A stretch of DNA of 64,000 nt from Gammaproteobacteria bacterium (GCA_041688005.1 JBDNJA010000183.1:7952-71951), one strand, 5' to 3'; positions 18,683 to 29,086 are shown, counted from the first letter of the stretch. The notes: generated from the letters alone by a model not told the origin. A program made the numbers and translations.

Positions 18683-19108
18683 CTACCATACACTTTCTAC
18701 CGATGGATCATCATAACGCTCTAGTTTAGCCAACCATTCAGGCATACCTTTCTTAATAGTAAGCTCCAATTCATTTATTTCCTCAGTACCTACTAATTCT
18801 TTTTCATGCATAAACGTATAGAATTTTTTAAGTGAAACTGCATTGTTCTTAATTGATGATTGACTTGCCCACATTGCTTTTTTAATAAACCAATAACCAA
18901 GAAACATACTAACTTCATTGGCACCATCTTGTGCCTCAGTTGCATCCTCGTAAAGTAAATAGTCGTTGATATAAAAATCGATATTCGAAATATGCTTCTC
19001 AATTACTTTTTTTGATAAATTTGATGCATCAAGCCACGTTCCAAATCCATTTAGTAGGATGCCATTTTCTTTCCTAATTTCATTACAATCTTCTTCGTAG
19101 TTATCCAT
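18683..19108 (-). CDS. hypothetical protein (AT-rich, acidic; no recognisable family)
   Basis: 141 aa ORF with protein-like composition and about 33% GC; immediately downstream of the IS1595 remnant. Confidence 0.45.
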   Translation of the reverse strand: MDNYEEDCNEIRKENGILLNGFGTWLDASNLSKKVIEKHISNIDFYINDYLLYEDATEAQDGANEVSMFLGYWFIKKAMWASQSSIKNNAVSLKKFYTFMHEKELVGTEEINELELTIKKGMPEWLAKLERYDDPSVESVW

Positions 19109-19274
19109 TTATATCTCGTTTTTAAAATTTAATTTGCATCTAATACTTAGTACGACGGCGGAATAAACTGACCGATGTTTTTTGGTTTCTCTGCAAAAAG
19201 CACGACGCATTATGAAGTTCATTGGTGCTACTGGTTCTATTTAAAGACCCATCCCGTTTTTGCGCTAACCACCC

Positions 19275-19733
19275 TCACATTTTGTGAGCACCTATCATCA
19301 GGCGCTCGAATACCGAATACCGTTCCCCTATGCCGTCTTTTGTGGATTCGCGGTTCACGCTAATCCAGACTTCATCCGGAAATCCTGCTGCCAGATCGGC
19401 GGTATAAGCGCATTCGTCATCTGCTGCTTCACGTGCTGCTTTCGGCGATGGTGCACCAAGATCCTCGATAAAATGCCGGATGAGTTCTTTTTGGATACCC
19501 TCGTATTCGTGTGGCTCGATGTGGCAGACTTCTGCAATTGTGCAGCGGCCATACGACTCGACCGAAACAAACGAGGTGCCGCAGTGGCAGGGTGTACTTC
19601 GGTGGCCCGTGGCCAGATCACAGACTGCATAGCCGCCGGAAACCATCCATTCACCATCTTCGGCGGCACCGCCTTCCGCAGCGTAGATATGCGAGTCAGA
19701 GTCATCAAGCCGTACTGCTTTAAGGAATTTCAT
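19275..19733 (-). CDS. hypothetical Cys/His-rich protein
   Basis: 152 aa; the minus frame is protein-like (CHCGTSF...CTIAEVCH), whereas the overlapping plus ORF has an antisense-like composition; about 58% GC. Confidence 0.45.
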   Translation of the reverse strand: MKFLKAVRLDDSDSHIYAAEGGAAEDGEWMVSGGYAVCDLATGHRSTPCHCGTSFVSVESYGRCTIAEVCHIEPHEYEGIQKELIRHFIEDLGAPSPKAAREAADDECAYTADLAAGFPDEVWISVNRESTKDGIGERYSVFERLMIGAHKM

Positions 19734-20059
19734 GTGTAGGATGAAGAAGGAAAATGGCTGCTTATAATAGAACCTGCCCGTACCAAAGTATAGGGGGAGT
19801 CTTCCGGAAAACCAAAGGGGCGACCAATATCGATTGAAATCTACATTTAGTTAGATTCCCTTTTTTCATCTCATCCACATGCACTACTACCAAGGTGCAT
19901 GAGAAGTTTCTCGGACGGGACTTTAGCCCGCTAGCTTGATCGCCGATGACGGCGTGTGGGCGGCCCTTTGCTTCTTGCTCAGCCCAGAGGGGCTCCCTAC
20001 AGCACTCTGTACAAATAGATCTTGCCTTTAGCTTAACGCTACTATACTGTCCTCGCCGC

Positions 20060-20300
20060 AAAGGTGTCCACTCAGGTGGATTAAACGGGAAGTTGGTGCG
20101 AATGTTTTTCAGGTTCAATTCCGACGCTGCCCCCGCAACGGTAAACAGATAATGCAACATGAATACCACTGAGTTAATCCTCGGGAAGGTATGTTGTCAG
20201 ATTCAAATTGAATCAGTTTGTGAGCCCGGAGACCGGCCTTTGCGATAAGTGATATTACGGCGGGTTTTATCCAAGTTTAATGAAATCATTAACCTTTTCC
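20060..20300 (+). ncRNA. Cobalamin (AdoCbl) riboswitch in the btuB leader
   Basis: Conserved blocks present: GGGAAgttGGTGcGAAT ... GCTGCCCCCGCAACGGTAA ... aCCACTG (B12 box) ... GGGAAGG; these match the E. coli btuB leader element by element. It lies directly upstream of a TonB-dependent receptor. Confidence 0.8.
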
Positions 20301-20355
20301 GCTTCGGTATCTTGAATTTTTTATTTCATCGGTACGGGCGGTACCAGGGGTTATT

Positions 20356-22311
20356 ATGATCAAAACGCTCTCAAAAGTATTATTTCCTATTCTATTAGTC
20401 GGATCATCAGGATCGTTTGCAAACGAAGATGATGACGGTCTTTATATTGTTATTACCCCTTCTGGTATCGAACAACCCAGAGAGGCGGCGAACACTAGTA
20501 TTACAGTTATCGACCAGAAGACTATAGACGCATCTAATGCTACTTCTGTGTCTGAATTACTTCGTGGTCAGGCCGGTTTGCATGTCAGTGATATTTTTGG
20601 TGATGGCAGCCAGGCGACTGTCGACTTGCGTGGTTTTGGACCCGCAGCATCCCGTAATACGTTGGTATTGCTCGATGGTCGGCGACTGAATAATTCTGCC
20701 GACAGCGCCTCTCCTGATTTGTCATTAATCGACATAGATGATATCGCTCAGATCGAAATACTACAGGGTAGCGGTGGCGTTTTGTATGGTAACCAGGCCG
20801 TCGGCGGCGTGATTAATATCATCCGTAAAGAAATTCTCGAAGACTCGGCCAGTGCCAGTGTTCGAATGGGTAGTTATAATTCCACGCAGTTGAGTGTGTC
20901 GGGCAAGAAAGTATTGGGTCGCAATAGTATTTCGGCTTCGGTATCGGATCGTAATTCCGATGGCTTTCGCGATCACAACGAATCAGATAACCGTCGCGTA
21001 TCAGTTCGAGCGGAGCGCATCCAAAATGGTTATACGACCTATGTCGAGCTTGAATCTGTTGATGATGAAATCCAAACCCCCGGCGCATTGTTGCTAGCCG
21101 AGTTAAACGCGAATCGAACGCAATCACTTAGTTTTTATCGCAATGATTTCTTCGACACTAAAACCAAGATGTTACGACTGGGCATGGAAAAAAATATCGA
21201 TGATAGTCGAAGCTTTAGCTTTGATTTTTCAGCCCGAGATACCGACCGAGAATTTATCCAAACCTTTCGTCCCTTTGCCGGTAGCTTATCCACGCAGGAT
21301 CGCAAAACGCGAAACTTTTCCACCCGCTATCGTGTCGTTCCTCTTGAGGCTGGAAATCTTATCAACTATGTTGTCGGCTTCGATTACGAAGATACTGACT
21401 ATAAACTAGTCTCGTTGTTCGGGCCTCAGCCAATGGATCAGACCATTCAGGGTTTATTTGTATCGAGCCTATGGTCTGTTGGTGAACATAGCCAGATAGA
21501 TACCGGAATGCGTTATAGCAAGCAGCAGGCAGACAGTGCCGGTGTCAACTTTGATGATTCTGGTATCGTCGTAGCTAACCTGGGTTTCAGCCATCAAATC
21601 GATCAACTCAAGTTATTTGCCCGTGCGGATCAGAACTTTCGCTATGCCACGGTAGAGGAACACACCAATGTACCTTTTGGGTCAGCTCCTGGTCTGAAAA
21701 CCCAGCAAGGCCTATCCATCGAAATCGGTGCCGAACTCAATCGAGGCAATAGTCGCTATCGTGGTACTTTGTACCAAATCGACTTAGACGATGAAATTGC
21801 ATTCGATTCATCTGGTTTCAGCAATCTCAATCTCGACGCAACAAAGCGCAAAGGCATTATTCTCGAAGCATCCAATCAATGGTCAGAACAATTCGGTTCA
21901 CGCATTAGCCTGACCAGCCTCGATGCTGAAATCACCGACGGTAGCTTCAAAGGCAAAAATTTGCCTTTGGTTCCCGAACAAATCCTACGGGTTGATGGAT
22001 CATATCAGTACAACAGAGCGATCCAAATCGGTGTTGAATACATTGCAGTCAGTGATCAAACTCTCGGCGGTGACTTTGCCAACCAGCTTGAAAAGTTATC
22101 TTCCTATGAAGTTATCAATTCACACATCAGCTATCAGCAAAAAAACTGGAGCCTCGGGTTTCGTATTAATAATCTACTCGACAAAAAATACTCAGAGACA
22201 GGCAATCAATTTACCGAATTTCCTGCGCCAAACTTTACCGCAGTCAATCACGTATCATTGTTTCCATCACCGCAACGTAATTTTTGGTTAAACTTCAAAA
22301 TTAAGCTTTAA
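20356..22311 (+). CDS. btuB: TonB-dependent outer-membrane receptor, vitamin B12 transporter BtuB-like
   Basis: 651 aa with signal peptide, plug and beta-barrel; preceded by a cobalamin riboswitch and followed by btuFCD homologues. Confidence 0.75.
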   Translation: MIKTLSKVLFPILLVGSSGSFANEDDDGLYIVITPSGIEQPREAANTSITVIDQKTIDASNATSVSELLRGQAGLHVSDIFGDGSQATVDLRGFGPAASRNTLVLLDGRRLNNSADSASPDLSLIDIDDIAQIEILQGSGGVLYGNQAVGGVINIIRKEILEDSASASVRMGSYNSTQLSVSGKKVLGRNSISASVSDRNSDGFRDHNESDNRRVSVRAERIQNGYTTYVELESVDDEIQTPGALLLAELNANRTQSLSFYRNDFFDTKTKMLRLGMEKNIDDSRSFSFDFSARDTDREFIQTFRPFAGSLSTQDRKTRNFSTRYRVVPLEAGNLINYVVGFDYEDTDYKLVSLFGPQPMDQTIQGLFVSSLWSVGEHSQIDTGMRYSKQQADSAGVNFDDSGIVVANLGFSHQIDQLKLFARADQNFRYATVEEHTNVPFGSAPGLKTQQGLSIEIGAELNRGNSRYRGTLYQIDLDDEIAFDSSGFSNLNLDATKRKGIILEASNQWSEQFGSRISLTSLDAEITDGSFKGKNLPLVPEQILRVDGSYQYNRAIQIGVEYIAVSDQTLGGDFANQLEKLSSYEVINSHISYQQKNWSLGFRINNLLDKKYSETGNQFTEFPAPNFTAVNHVSLFPSPQRNFWLNFKIKL

Positions 22312-22361
22312 CCCAGACAAGGGCCCGTTAGCAGGGCCCTCGGCAATCCTGGAATAGGTAT

Positions 22362-23153
22362 ATGCATCGAAACCCAAAAAATTGGCTAGCTCGCTTAACC
22401 CTGTCTGGGTTGAGTCTGTTGCTGCTCGGGTTTTCGGCCGACGCCTCAATTAAGGGCATTATTTCGCTGGACCTGTGTACCGATTGGATGCTGTTGCGTT
22501 ATGCCGATCAGGCACAGGTTCGTGCCTTTTCCCCATTGCTGTATCGCTATCAAGCTGACTGGGTTCCGGATGGCTTACCGGTTCATGATGGTAGTCTTGA
22601 GCATATTCTGCAGCTTGAGCCGGATCTGCTGATCACCGGTGAATACAATGCAACTCTGTTAAGAAAGCGTTTGGTACAACTGGGTAAAAGGGTAGAGGTT
22701 CTGCCGTTACCTGAAAACTTGCCCGACATAAAAAATTACCAACGTGAGTTTTTGTCAATTATCCAGGCAAAAATAAAAATGGACTCCGTTGAACCTGAAG
22801 TTGAACTTCCGCGTAAACAAAAAAAACTGTTGCTACTGGGTGCAAATGGCATCGGGACCGGGCGTAATACTTTGGAAAACGATTTGCTGGTCAAAGCGGG
22901 TTGGGATAACTACATACAAGCCTCGGGTTATGTCAATTTAGATCTGGAAAAAATTGTTGCCAACCCACCGGATGCGATTTACTGGTCTGCACCAGCATCA
23001 AATTCGCTGGCTAATTTATTTGCAGGTCATCCTGCTATCCGTTCCATCACCAAAGACTCGAGATTATCTTCTGATGAGCATTGGCGCTGGCAATGTCCAG
23101 GACCCTGGAGTTTGGATTTAATCAAAGTATTGGCGGCATGGAAAAATACCTAA
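22362..23153 (+). CDS. Periplasmic binding protein, BtuF/FecB class (cobalamin/siderophore ABC substrate-binding protein)
   Basis: 263 aa with signal peptide; sits between btuB and the FecCD-type permease. Confidence 0.6.
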   Translation: MHRNPKNWLARLTLSGLSLLLLGFSADASIKGIISLDLCTDWMLLRYADQAQVRAFSPLLYRYQADWVPDGLPVHDGSLEHILQLEPDLLITGEYNATLLRKRLVQLGKRVEVLPLPENLPDIKNYQREFLSIIQAKIKMDSVEPEVELPRKQKKLLLLGANGIGTGRNTLENDLLVKAGWDNYIQASGYVNLDLEKIVANPPDAIYWSAPASNSLANLFAGHPAIRSITKDSRLSSDEHWRWQCPGPWSLDLIKVLAAWKNT

Positions 23154-24127
23154 ACCCATTTTTAATAATGACCCTGCTGGTGGTTACCCTGGTATCCATC
23201 AGCTTCGGCACGATTGACCTTAACGCCCTTACCGCGCTGATGGAATGGTTTGCTGCATCCGACTCGCGTGAGGCCTTAATTGTTGGTGAAATCAGGTTAC
23301 CCAGAACACTACTTGCTTTAATTGTCGGCGCTGCGATGGGTTTGTCCGGTGCCGCCCTGCAAGGGCTGTTTCGAAATCCATTGGTTGACCCTGGATTAAT
23401 CGGTGCCAGTCAGGGAGCCGCCCTTGGTGCTGCGCTGGTATTTTATTTTAATCTATTTTCATCGCTCGGCGCATTGGCGACACCGATTGCCGGCTTGATT
23501 GGTGCGGCTATCACGTTGTTCTTGTTAATGGGGCTCTCGGGTTCCATGGCCCGACCTGCGGTCATCATTATGGCTGGTCTGGCGATATCATCGCTAGCCA
23601 GTGCTTTATTAGCAGTCGTGCTGAACTTTGCCCCAAACCCTTATGCGATGCAGGAACTGGTGTTCTGGATGCTCGGATCGGTGTCGAATCGTGGGCTCGA
23701 TAATCTGGCTATTTTGTTACCGGCCTTTGCGCTAGGTAGTATTGTGATTTATCGTCAACGGCAGTTACTACTCGGTTTAAGTCTGGGTGAGCAGGTGGCC
23801 GACAGTATGGGGCTGGAAGTCGTTAAACGTGGTCGATACATCATTTTAGGTACGGCTTTACTGGTTGGCTCATCTGTCGCGATAGCAGGAAACATTGGTT
23901 TTGTCGGGTTGGTGATTCCCCATTTAATTCGACCACTGGTTAAATATCGTCCCGACCGCTTGTTAGTGCCCTCGGCGCTAGCTGGCGCTACAGTCGTTTG
24001 TTCGGCCGATATTCTGGTTCGGCTATTGCCACCAGAACGCGAACTTAAACTCGGTGTTCTGACAGCGCTGGTAGGCGCTCCGTTTTTTGTCTGGTTGATC
24101 TGGAAGGAGCGGCAACGATGGATTTGA
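23138..24127 (+). CDS. btuC: FecCD-family ABC permease, BtuC-like
   Basis: Polytopic permease; start set at MEKYLNPF (atg 23138); overlaps the upstream gene by 16 bp. Confidence 0.75.
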   Translation: MEKYLNPFLIMTLLVVTLVSISFGTIDLNALTALMEWFAASDSREALIVGEIRLPRTLLALIVGAAMGLSGAALQGLFRNPLVDPGLIGASQGAALGAALVFYFNLFSSLGALATPIAGLIGAAITLFLLMGLSGSMARPAVIIMAGLAISSLASALLAVVLNFAPNPYAMQELVFWMLGSVSNRGLDNLAILLPAFALGSIVIYRQRQLLLGLSLGEQVADSMGLEVVKRGRYIILGTALLVGSSVAIAGNIGFVGLVIPHLIRPLVKYRPDRLLVPSALAGATVVCSADILVRLLPPERELKLGVLTALVGAPFFVWLIWKERQRWI

Positions 24128-24846
24128 TGTCGGTACAAAAGCTCAGCGTGGACCAGCGTGTGTCGGATGTTTCGTTAGGGTTACAACAGGGTGAAATACT
24201 GGGATTGATTGGACCGAATGGTGCGGGAAAATCCACCTTATTGAATGCGATTGCCGGACTACTCGATAGTAGCGGCGAGATTGAATTATCAGGCCAGAAG
24301 ATTAATCAGTTAAGACGTGTCGAGAGGGCCCGAAAAGTTGCCTTGCAGCCACAGTTTGTTGAAAGTGTCTGGGCACTTTCGGTGCATGACATTGTGTCGA
24401 TGGGTCGATTACCCTGGGGAGATAGTGATCAGACAATTATTCAACGGGTAATGCAGCAAACCAATATCCAGGACTTTGCTCGACGTCCTGTGAATGAATT
24501 ATCGGGCGGTGAACGCGCGCGAGTCTGGCTAGCACGGGTCCTAGCGAATCAACCCAGGGTGTTACTGGTTGACGAGCCTGTTGCTAATCTTGATATCCAT
24601 TATCAGCAGGAAGTGATGCAAATATTGGTCGATTACGCCAATGAAGGCCATGCCGTGATTATCGCGATTCATGACCTGAGTCTTGCTGCCCGTTACTGCG
24701 ATCGATTGTGCTTATTACATCGAGGGCAACAAATTAAAACAGGCAAGGTCGAGGATGTATTGAATAGCCAAGTGTTATCCCCTGTTTTTGATGTCGATGT
24801 GTATGTTGATTTACAAAATTCACCACCGGTGGTGCTAGCGCAATAG
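24118..24846 (+). CDS. btuD: ABC transporter ATP-binding protein, BtuD-like
   Basis: Walker A GPNGAGKST, signature LSGGERAR; 242 aa. Confidence 0.75.
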   Translation: MDLMSVQKLSVDQRVSDVSLGLQQGEILGLIGPNGAGKSTLLNAIAGLLDSSGEIELSGQKINQLRRVERARKVALQPQFVESVWALSVHDIVSMGRLPWGDSDQTIIQRVMQQTNIQDFARRPVNELSGGERARVWLARVLANQPRVLLVDEPVANLDIHYQQEVMQILVDYANEGHAVIIAIHDLSLAARYCDRLCLLHRGQQIKTGKVEDVLNSQVLSPVFDVDVYVDLQNSPPVVLAQ

Positions 24847-25338
24847 CGGGTGATCGTAAGCGCACTGATATAGCTGAATTGGGTAGACATTAAATTTAAT
24901 CGAAGGGAATGTAAACTCGAATTGTAGACTTTACGAGCTGACATCCTCACGTACACTGTGTTGGTTAAGGGATTGATCGTGGTAATACACTACGATTTAT
25001 TAGAAGACCGCCATCAATAAGGTGTATGCAAATATCGGATTAACTTTTCGAAAAAATGGTTCCTTCCTGGTAAATCTAGAAATAGAGTTTTTTAATCTAG
25101 TTTTAACGCCAAAAATCTAATTTTCGTTGTGTCCTTAGAGTAATGAGCCGAAAGACGTAAGCACCCTCGACCATCAATAGCTCTGCATGGTGCGATCTCC
25201 AGCAGAGGATTGCGATGAGGGTTTGGTAGTGCGTTTGATGTGAGAAATGAAACATGGGGCCACTCCTACAATTATTCCGCTTTACACCAGCCCACTTGAG
25301 CTAGCGCTGTCAAAATATGAACCTTTAAGGCTAACTAA

Positions 25339-25366
25339 CAGCTGTAAACAAACATGTTTTTACAGC
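25339..25366. terminator. 9-bp stem hairpin AGCTGTAAA-N10-TTTACAGCT at the 3' end of the attH-like gene
   Basis: Perfect inverted repeat read directly; no strong U-run. Confidence 0.3.
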
Positions 25367-26520
25367 TCAGTTTGATAACCAGTCAATTCCATATAACCTT
25401 TGCCGATGTTTTTCCCCTTATCATCACTTACTAAAACAACACCCTCCCAGTAGGGAAAACTCGTGGATAGCCATTGTTCGTCATAAAGTGGTTTTATAGT
25501 CAGGCTGCGGTTTAGGGTTGGTAGATTTTTTTTTGATAGGTTAATGGTCCAGCCTAAAGGCAGCGTTATGGAGGTATTATTCTTTGTTGTGATTTGGCGC
25601 TCTGAACTCGGGTTGAGTTCGATGTCATCCTTGTCTAAAGGGGTTACTTCGCCATGTTCATTAATCCAACTGCCGCTAATCCAGTCATCTCCGCTATCGT
25701 GACGAAGTTGGTACACCATCAGTTTATTGCCATCGTCTAGGTGTAGTGAAAACCAGTCCCAGCCTTTTTGATTTTGCGCTAATGCCTGGGAACTCCATTC
25801 TCGATCTAACCAGGCATTGCCAGATAACGAGATTGTTTTACGATTAGTTTTGACAGTGCCCTTGACGGTGATATTGGGTTGGCTGTAATAGTAGCTGGCT
25901 TGACCTTGTGCCGATTTTTGACTGAAACCAGCATCACCATTCAATACCCAGTTGTCTTTACTATTGAGCTCTAAACTGACTTTGTGACCACCGACATTAA
26001 ACTCTAATGTCGATGGAAATAGTGTGTCGCTAGGCGACTGCCAACGCCAGTCGTCTATCCAGGCGTCAAACCCACTAGCATTGCTAGCACCGGACTTGCT
26101 AACATTGGCCTGGCCAATACCACCCCGCGCAAATCGTTGCTCAAAAATATGCTGCTCTGGTGTTGTGATCGCTGCATGTGCCATCCACATTTGATTGCTA
26201 TCCCATCCTTCTAAGTTGGCATCCGGGCTTAACGATTGACGAAATAGTGTCCATTGCAAACCCCAGTCCTGCCCTTGTTGGTCTTTCAAATTGGCGGTGA
26301 TATACCACCACTCGATACGAAAGTCGGGATGAGGAAAATGGTCTTGCGGGAAGATTAAAGGCACATCCCGTTTCACTTCGGCATAGCCGTCAACATTGTC
26401 ACGTAAGACCCGAAAAGCATCTTGAGCGAAAACAGCCTGGCCGATAACAAATGAGGCGAAAAAAAATAGGAGTCGAGAAGAAAAGAGTAATGCCAGTATC
26501 CTTTTTAGAACCTGCCTCAC
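25360..26520 (-). CDS. Lipocalin-like/CrtC-domain secreted protein (AttH-like)
   Basis: 386 aa with signal peptide; the hydroxyneurosporene-synthase-like fold is typically encoded with FtsX-type ABC systems (attFGH-like). Confidence 0.6.
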   Translation of the reverse strand: MRQVLKRILALLFSSRLLFFFASFVIGQAVFAQDAFRVLRDNVDGYAEVKRDVPLIFPQDHFPHPDFRIEWWYITANLKDQQGQDWGLQWTLFRQSLSPDANLEGWDSNQMWMAHAAITTPEQHIFEQRFARGGIGQANVSKSGASNASGFDAWIDDWRWQSPSDTLFPSTLEFNVGGHKVSLELNSKDNWVLNGDAGFSQKSAQGQASYYYSQPNITVKGTVKTNRKTISLSGNAWLDREWSSQALAQNQKGWDWFSLHLDDGNKLMVYQLRHDSGDDWISGSWINEHGEVTPLDKDDIELNPSSERQITTKNNTSITLPLGWTINLSKKNLPTLNRSLTIKPLYDEQWLSTSFPYWEGVVLVSDDKGKNIGKGYMELTGYQTEL

Positions 26521-29063
26521 GATAGCTCTCCTAATTCAGCCAGCGCATCAGGCAACCGTCGGCGCAGTTGCAGCAATGACAACAGCAAGGTGGCGATAAC
26601 AATCACCAAAACCAGACCGCCGAGTTGCCAGGCAGGGGTCATGTTCCACAACATCGGCATGCTCCAGCCAAAGCTGACAATGTTCAACTTGTGAATTAAT
26701 AGCCAGCTCAGTACTGCGCCGAGAGGAATCGCCAGCAGCCAGGCGGTAACCACAAAGATTAAGAGCGGGCAGCAAATGATTAAAAACTGTTCCCGTGTAT
26801 TCACCCCAAGTGCGCGCCATTGGGCAAACTCGGGTAAACGTTCCTGCATTATGGCGAGCAGTGAGGCGAGTAAGGCGATGGCAGCAACCATCAGCGTGAG
26901 TGAATTCATCGCGGCGGTAATCGCAAAAGTACGCTCAAATATATTCACCGACAAGGTTCGTATGTCGTCTTGCGAAATCCAGTCCGCTCGGTTGATACCG
27001 GCGGCTAACAGGCTTTTTTTTACCTGCTGCCAACTCTTTGTGTCATTGTTAATGGGGTCGGGCTTTAGCCAGAGCGCCGTGCCGCGTGAATAATGATATT
27101 GCCAGCGTTTGGCGACTTCCTCAGAAGACAGGTAAAACTGGAATTTTGGATTGCCATAGTCATAAAAAAATCCGACGACTCGATAATCAACAGCCCCCTG
27201 GTCGGTATCAAGCTGTATGGTTTGACCCAGTTGTAAACCACCAAGGTAATGTAACTGCTCGTTTGCGAGTATGGCATTCGAATGGTTGCGCCATAGGCTT
27301 AAGGCATCGTCCGGCGTATCGCCTAGCCATTGGGCGAGCGGAAACATTAGACTATCGGGTGCGCGTGTATCGGCACCTCGGACTAAGGTGGGTTGATCTT
27401 GCCATCGGGTGGTAACACCGATTCGACGATGGCTATCTTGCAGCCATGATGACGTCTCCCCTGCGACCTGCTCGGCTTGTAACAACTGCTCGATTTTTGA
27501 TCCAGACGAGCGCACATAAATATCGGCACTCTGACGGACGTCCAACCAACCGATGAAGGCACTGCGGAAACTATCGACCAGCGTACCAACACCTAAATTT
27601 GCCGTCATCGCTAATAACAACGCCATCATCGCACTGCGAAAAGCCGGCATTTGCGACCAACCATCGCTCACCATCCACCGGCCAATCAAACGCTGTTTTG
27701 GTACACAGGCTTGCGCTAGCCTTAGCCCAAACGCTAGTAGGGTGGGTAATAGCCATGCGGCGGCAAATAGTAATAACCCCAGCAAAATAAACCCCTCGAC
27801 CGCAGTTTCCATCGTGTGAAATAAAAAGAAGGCGGTAATAATGAGTGGCAGAGCCAAAAAAGCGAGTTGACGGCGCGAAGCTCTTTCGGCCTGGTATCGT
27901 AAAGTTGGCGAATTGGCATCCAACACATCATGTTTTAATTGTAGATACATCGGCCAGGTGAGCGCCCACAATAGACCAACCAGTGTAATGCCCCAGGCCA
28001 AAAGCAAGGTTTCAAACTTTAATGTAATAACGGCGTCGATAGTCGCGCCATACAGGTTAAACAAGCTCTGGCTTAAGCCCGGCAATAACCAGTGGCCAAT
28101 GGTCAATCCACAGATCATCCCCGACAGTGTTCCAATCAGGCTCCAGATGAGTGTTTCGAACAAAATGGCTGCAATTAATTTCTTTACGCCCACACCCATC
28201 AGACGCAGGTTCATCATGGTTTCGCGCCGATGCCATAACGAAAATCGAACGGCATTAAACACAATGAATAATCCCACCGCAAATGACAGCAGGCTCATCG
28301 CGCTAAGATGCGTATGCAAACTTTGCGTGAGCTGAGACAGATCGAGTTGTTGTTGATTTTCAACCAGAGCCAAGGTATCAGGCAGAAATGACCTGAGCCG
28401 TTGGAACTGTTTGGGTGTGAGCTGGCCGACCGTTATATAGGTAAATTGATCGGTATCAAACAAGGTGAAGGCCGCGCTAATATCCATAAAAATTCGTCGC
28501 CCTTGTTGTGCTTGAGCCTGTATCAAAGCGGGCGGTAATTGACGGCCATCTCTGAGCCGTAACTGATCTCCCTTAATTAACCCCAGTTCGTCGGCGAGCT
28601 GTTGCGGCACCCAGGCGCGATAGGGCTTTTGTACTAGTCGAAGCCAGTTTTCGACACCGTCGAATGTCTGGTCGAACATATTGTCTGGTAATGAGGCTGA
28701 TAGAGATGCCGACAGTGATTGCCTGAGTGCCAGCAAGTCAGTAGCAATGATACTGACGGGTTGCCCATCGGGGGTGCTCACCTGACCTTCGATGACCGGG
28801 AAAATCTGTCTAAAACCGGCACGCCGAAGTTTAATGTAGTCAGCTTGCGCAATACCCTGCTCGGAACGATGCCGAATCCAGTAGCTTGCCTGCACGCCAA
28901 GTAACGAGTCAGCTTGCGCATAACTCTGCTCGGCATGGTGATTGATGATTTGCACCGCCGACCAAAGACCCACGCCTGCTGTGAGCCCTAAAAGCAAAAA
29001 CAGTGCTTGCCATGGATGCCGCCAATAGTGGCTGAGTAATGCCTTTAAAATGGCTTGGTTCAA
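26517..29063 (-). CDS. FtsX-like ABC transporter permease (YbbP/MacB-type, two FtsX domains)
   Basis: 848 aa with two blocks of four TM helices and large periplasmic loops. Confidence 0.75.
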   Translation of the reverse strand: MNQAILKALLSHYWRHPWQALFLLLGLTAGVGLWSAVQIINHHAEQSYAQADSLLGVQASYWIRHRSEQGIAQADYIKLRRAGFRQIFPVIEGQVSTPDGQPVSIIATDLLALRQSLSASLSASLPDNMFDQTFDGVENWLRLVQKPYRAWVPQQLADELGLIKGDQLRLRDGRQLPPALIQAQAQQGRRIFMDISAAFTLFDTDQFTYITVGQLTPKQFQRLRSFLPDTLALVENQQQLDLSQLTQSLHTHLSAMSLLSFAVGLFIVFNAVRFSLWHRRETMMNLRLMGVGVKKLIAAILFETLIWSLIGTLSGMICGLTIGHWLLPGLSQSLFNLYGATIDAVITLKFETLLLAWGITLVGLLWALTWPMYLQLKHDVLDANSPTLRYQAERASRRQLAFLALPLIITAFFLFHTMETAVEGFILLGLLLFAAAWLLPTLLAFGLRLAQACVPKQRLIGRWMVSDGWSQMPAFRSAMMALLLAMTANLGVGTLVDSFRSAFIGWLDVRQSADIYVRSSGSKIEQLLQAEQVAGETSSWLQDSHRRIGVTTRWQDQPTLVRGADTRAPDSLMFPLAQWLGDTPDDALSLWRNHSNAILANEQLHYLGGLQLGQTIQLDTDQGAVDYRVVGFFYDYGNPKFQFYLSSEEVAKRWQYHYSRGTALWLKPDPINNDTKSWQQVKKSLLAAGINRADWISQDDIRTLSVNIFERTFAITAAMNSLTLMVAAIALLASLLAIMQERLPEFAQWRALGVNTREQFLIICCPLLIFVVTAWLLAIPLGAVLSWLLIHKLNIVSFGWSMPMLWNMTPAWQLGGLVLVIVIATLLLSLLQLRRRLPDALAELGELS

Positions 29064-29086
29064 AACAATGAGTCTCTAAATATCAC

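Noticed and set aside
19284-19739. 151-aa plus-strand ORF overlapping the 152-aa minus-strand ORF
   Set aside because: Cys/Phe/Arg-rich antisense-type composition; the minus-strand frame is the protein-like one.
20105-20125. GGTTCAATTCC T-loop-like motif suggesting a tRNA or tRNA-derived att site
   Set aside because: Flanking bases cannot form a T-stem or acceptor stem; the motif is the GGTGCGAAT/GGTTCAATTCC region of the cobalamin riboswitch.
19762-20169. 135-aa minus-strand ORF in the track
   Set aside because: Lies antisense across the cobalamin riboswitch and btuB leader; its composition is antisense-like; no homology features.
24693-24956. 87-aa minus-strand ORF at the 3' end of btuD
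   Set aside because: Overlaps btuD antisense; low-complexity translation.
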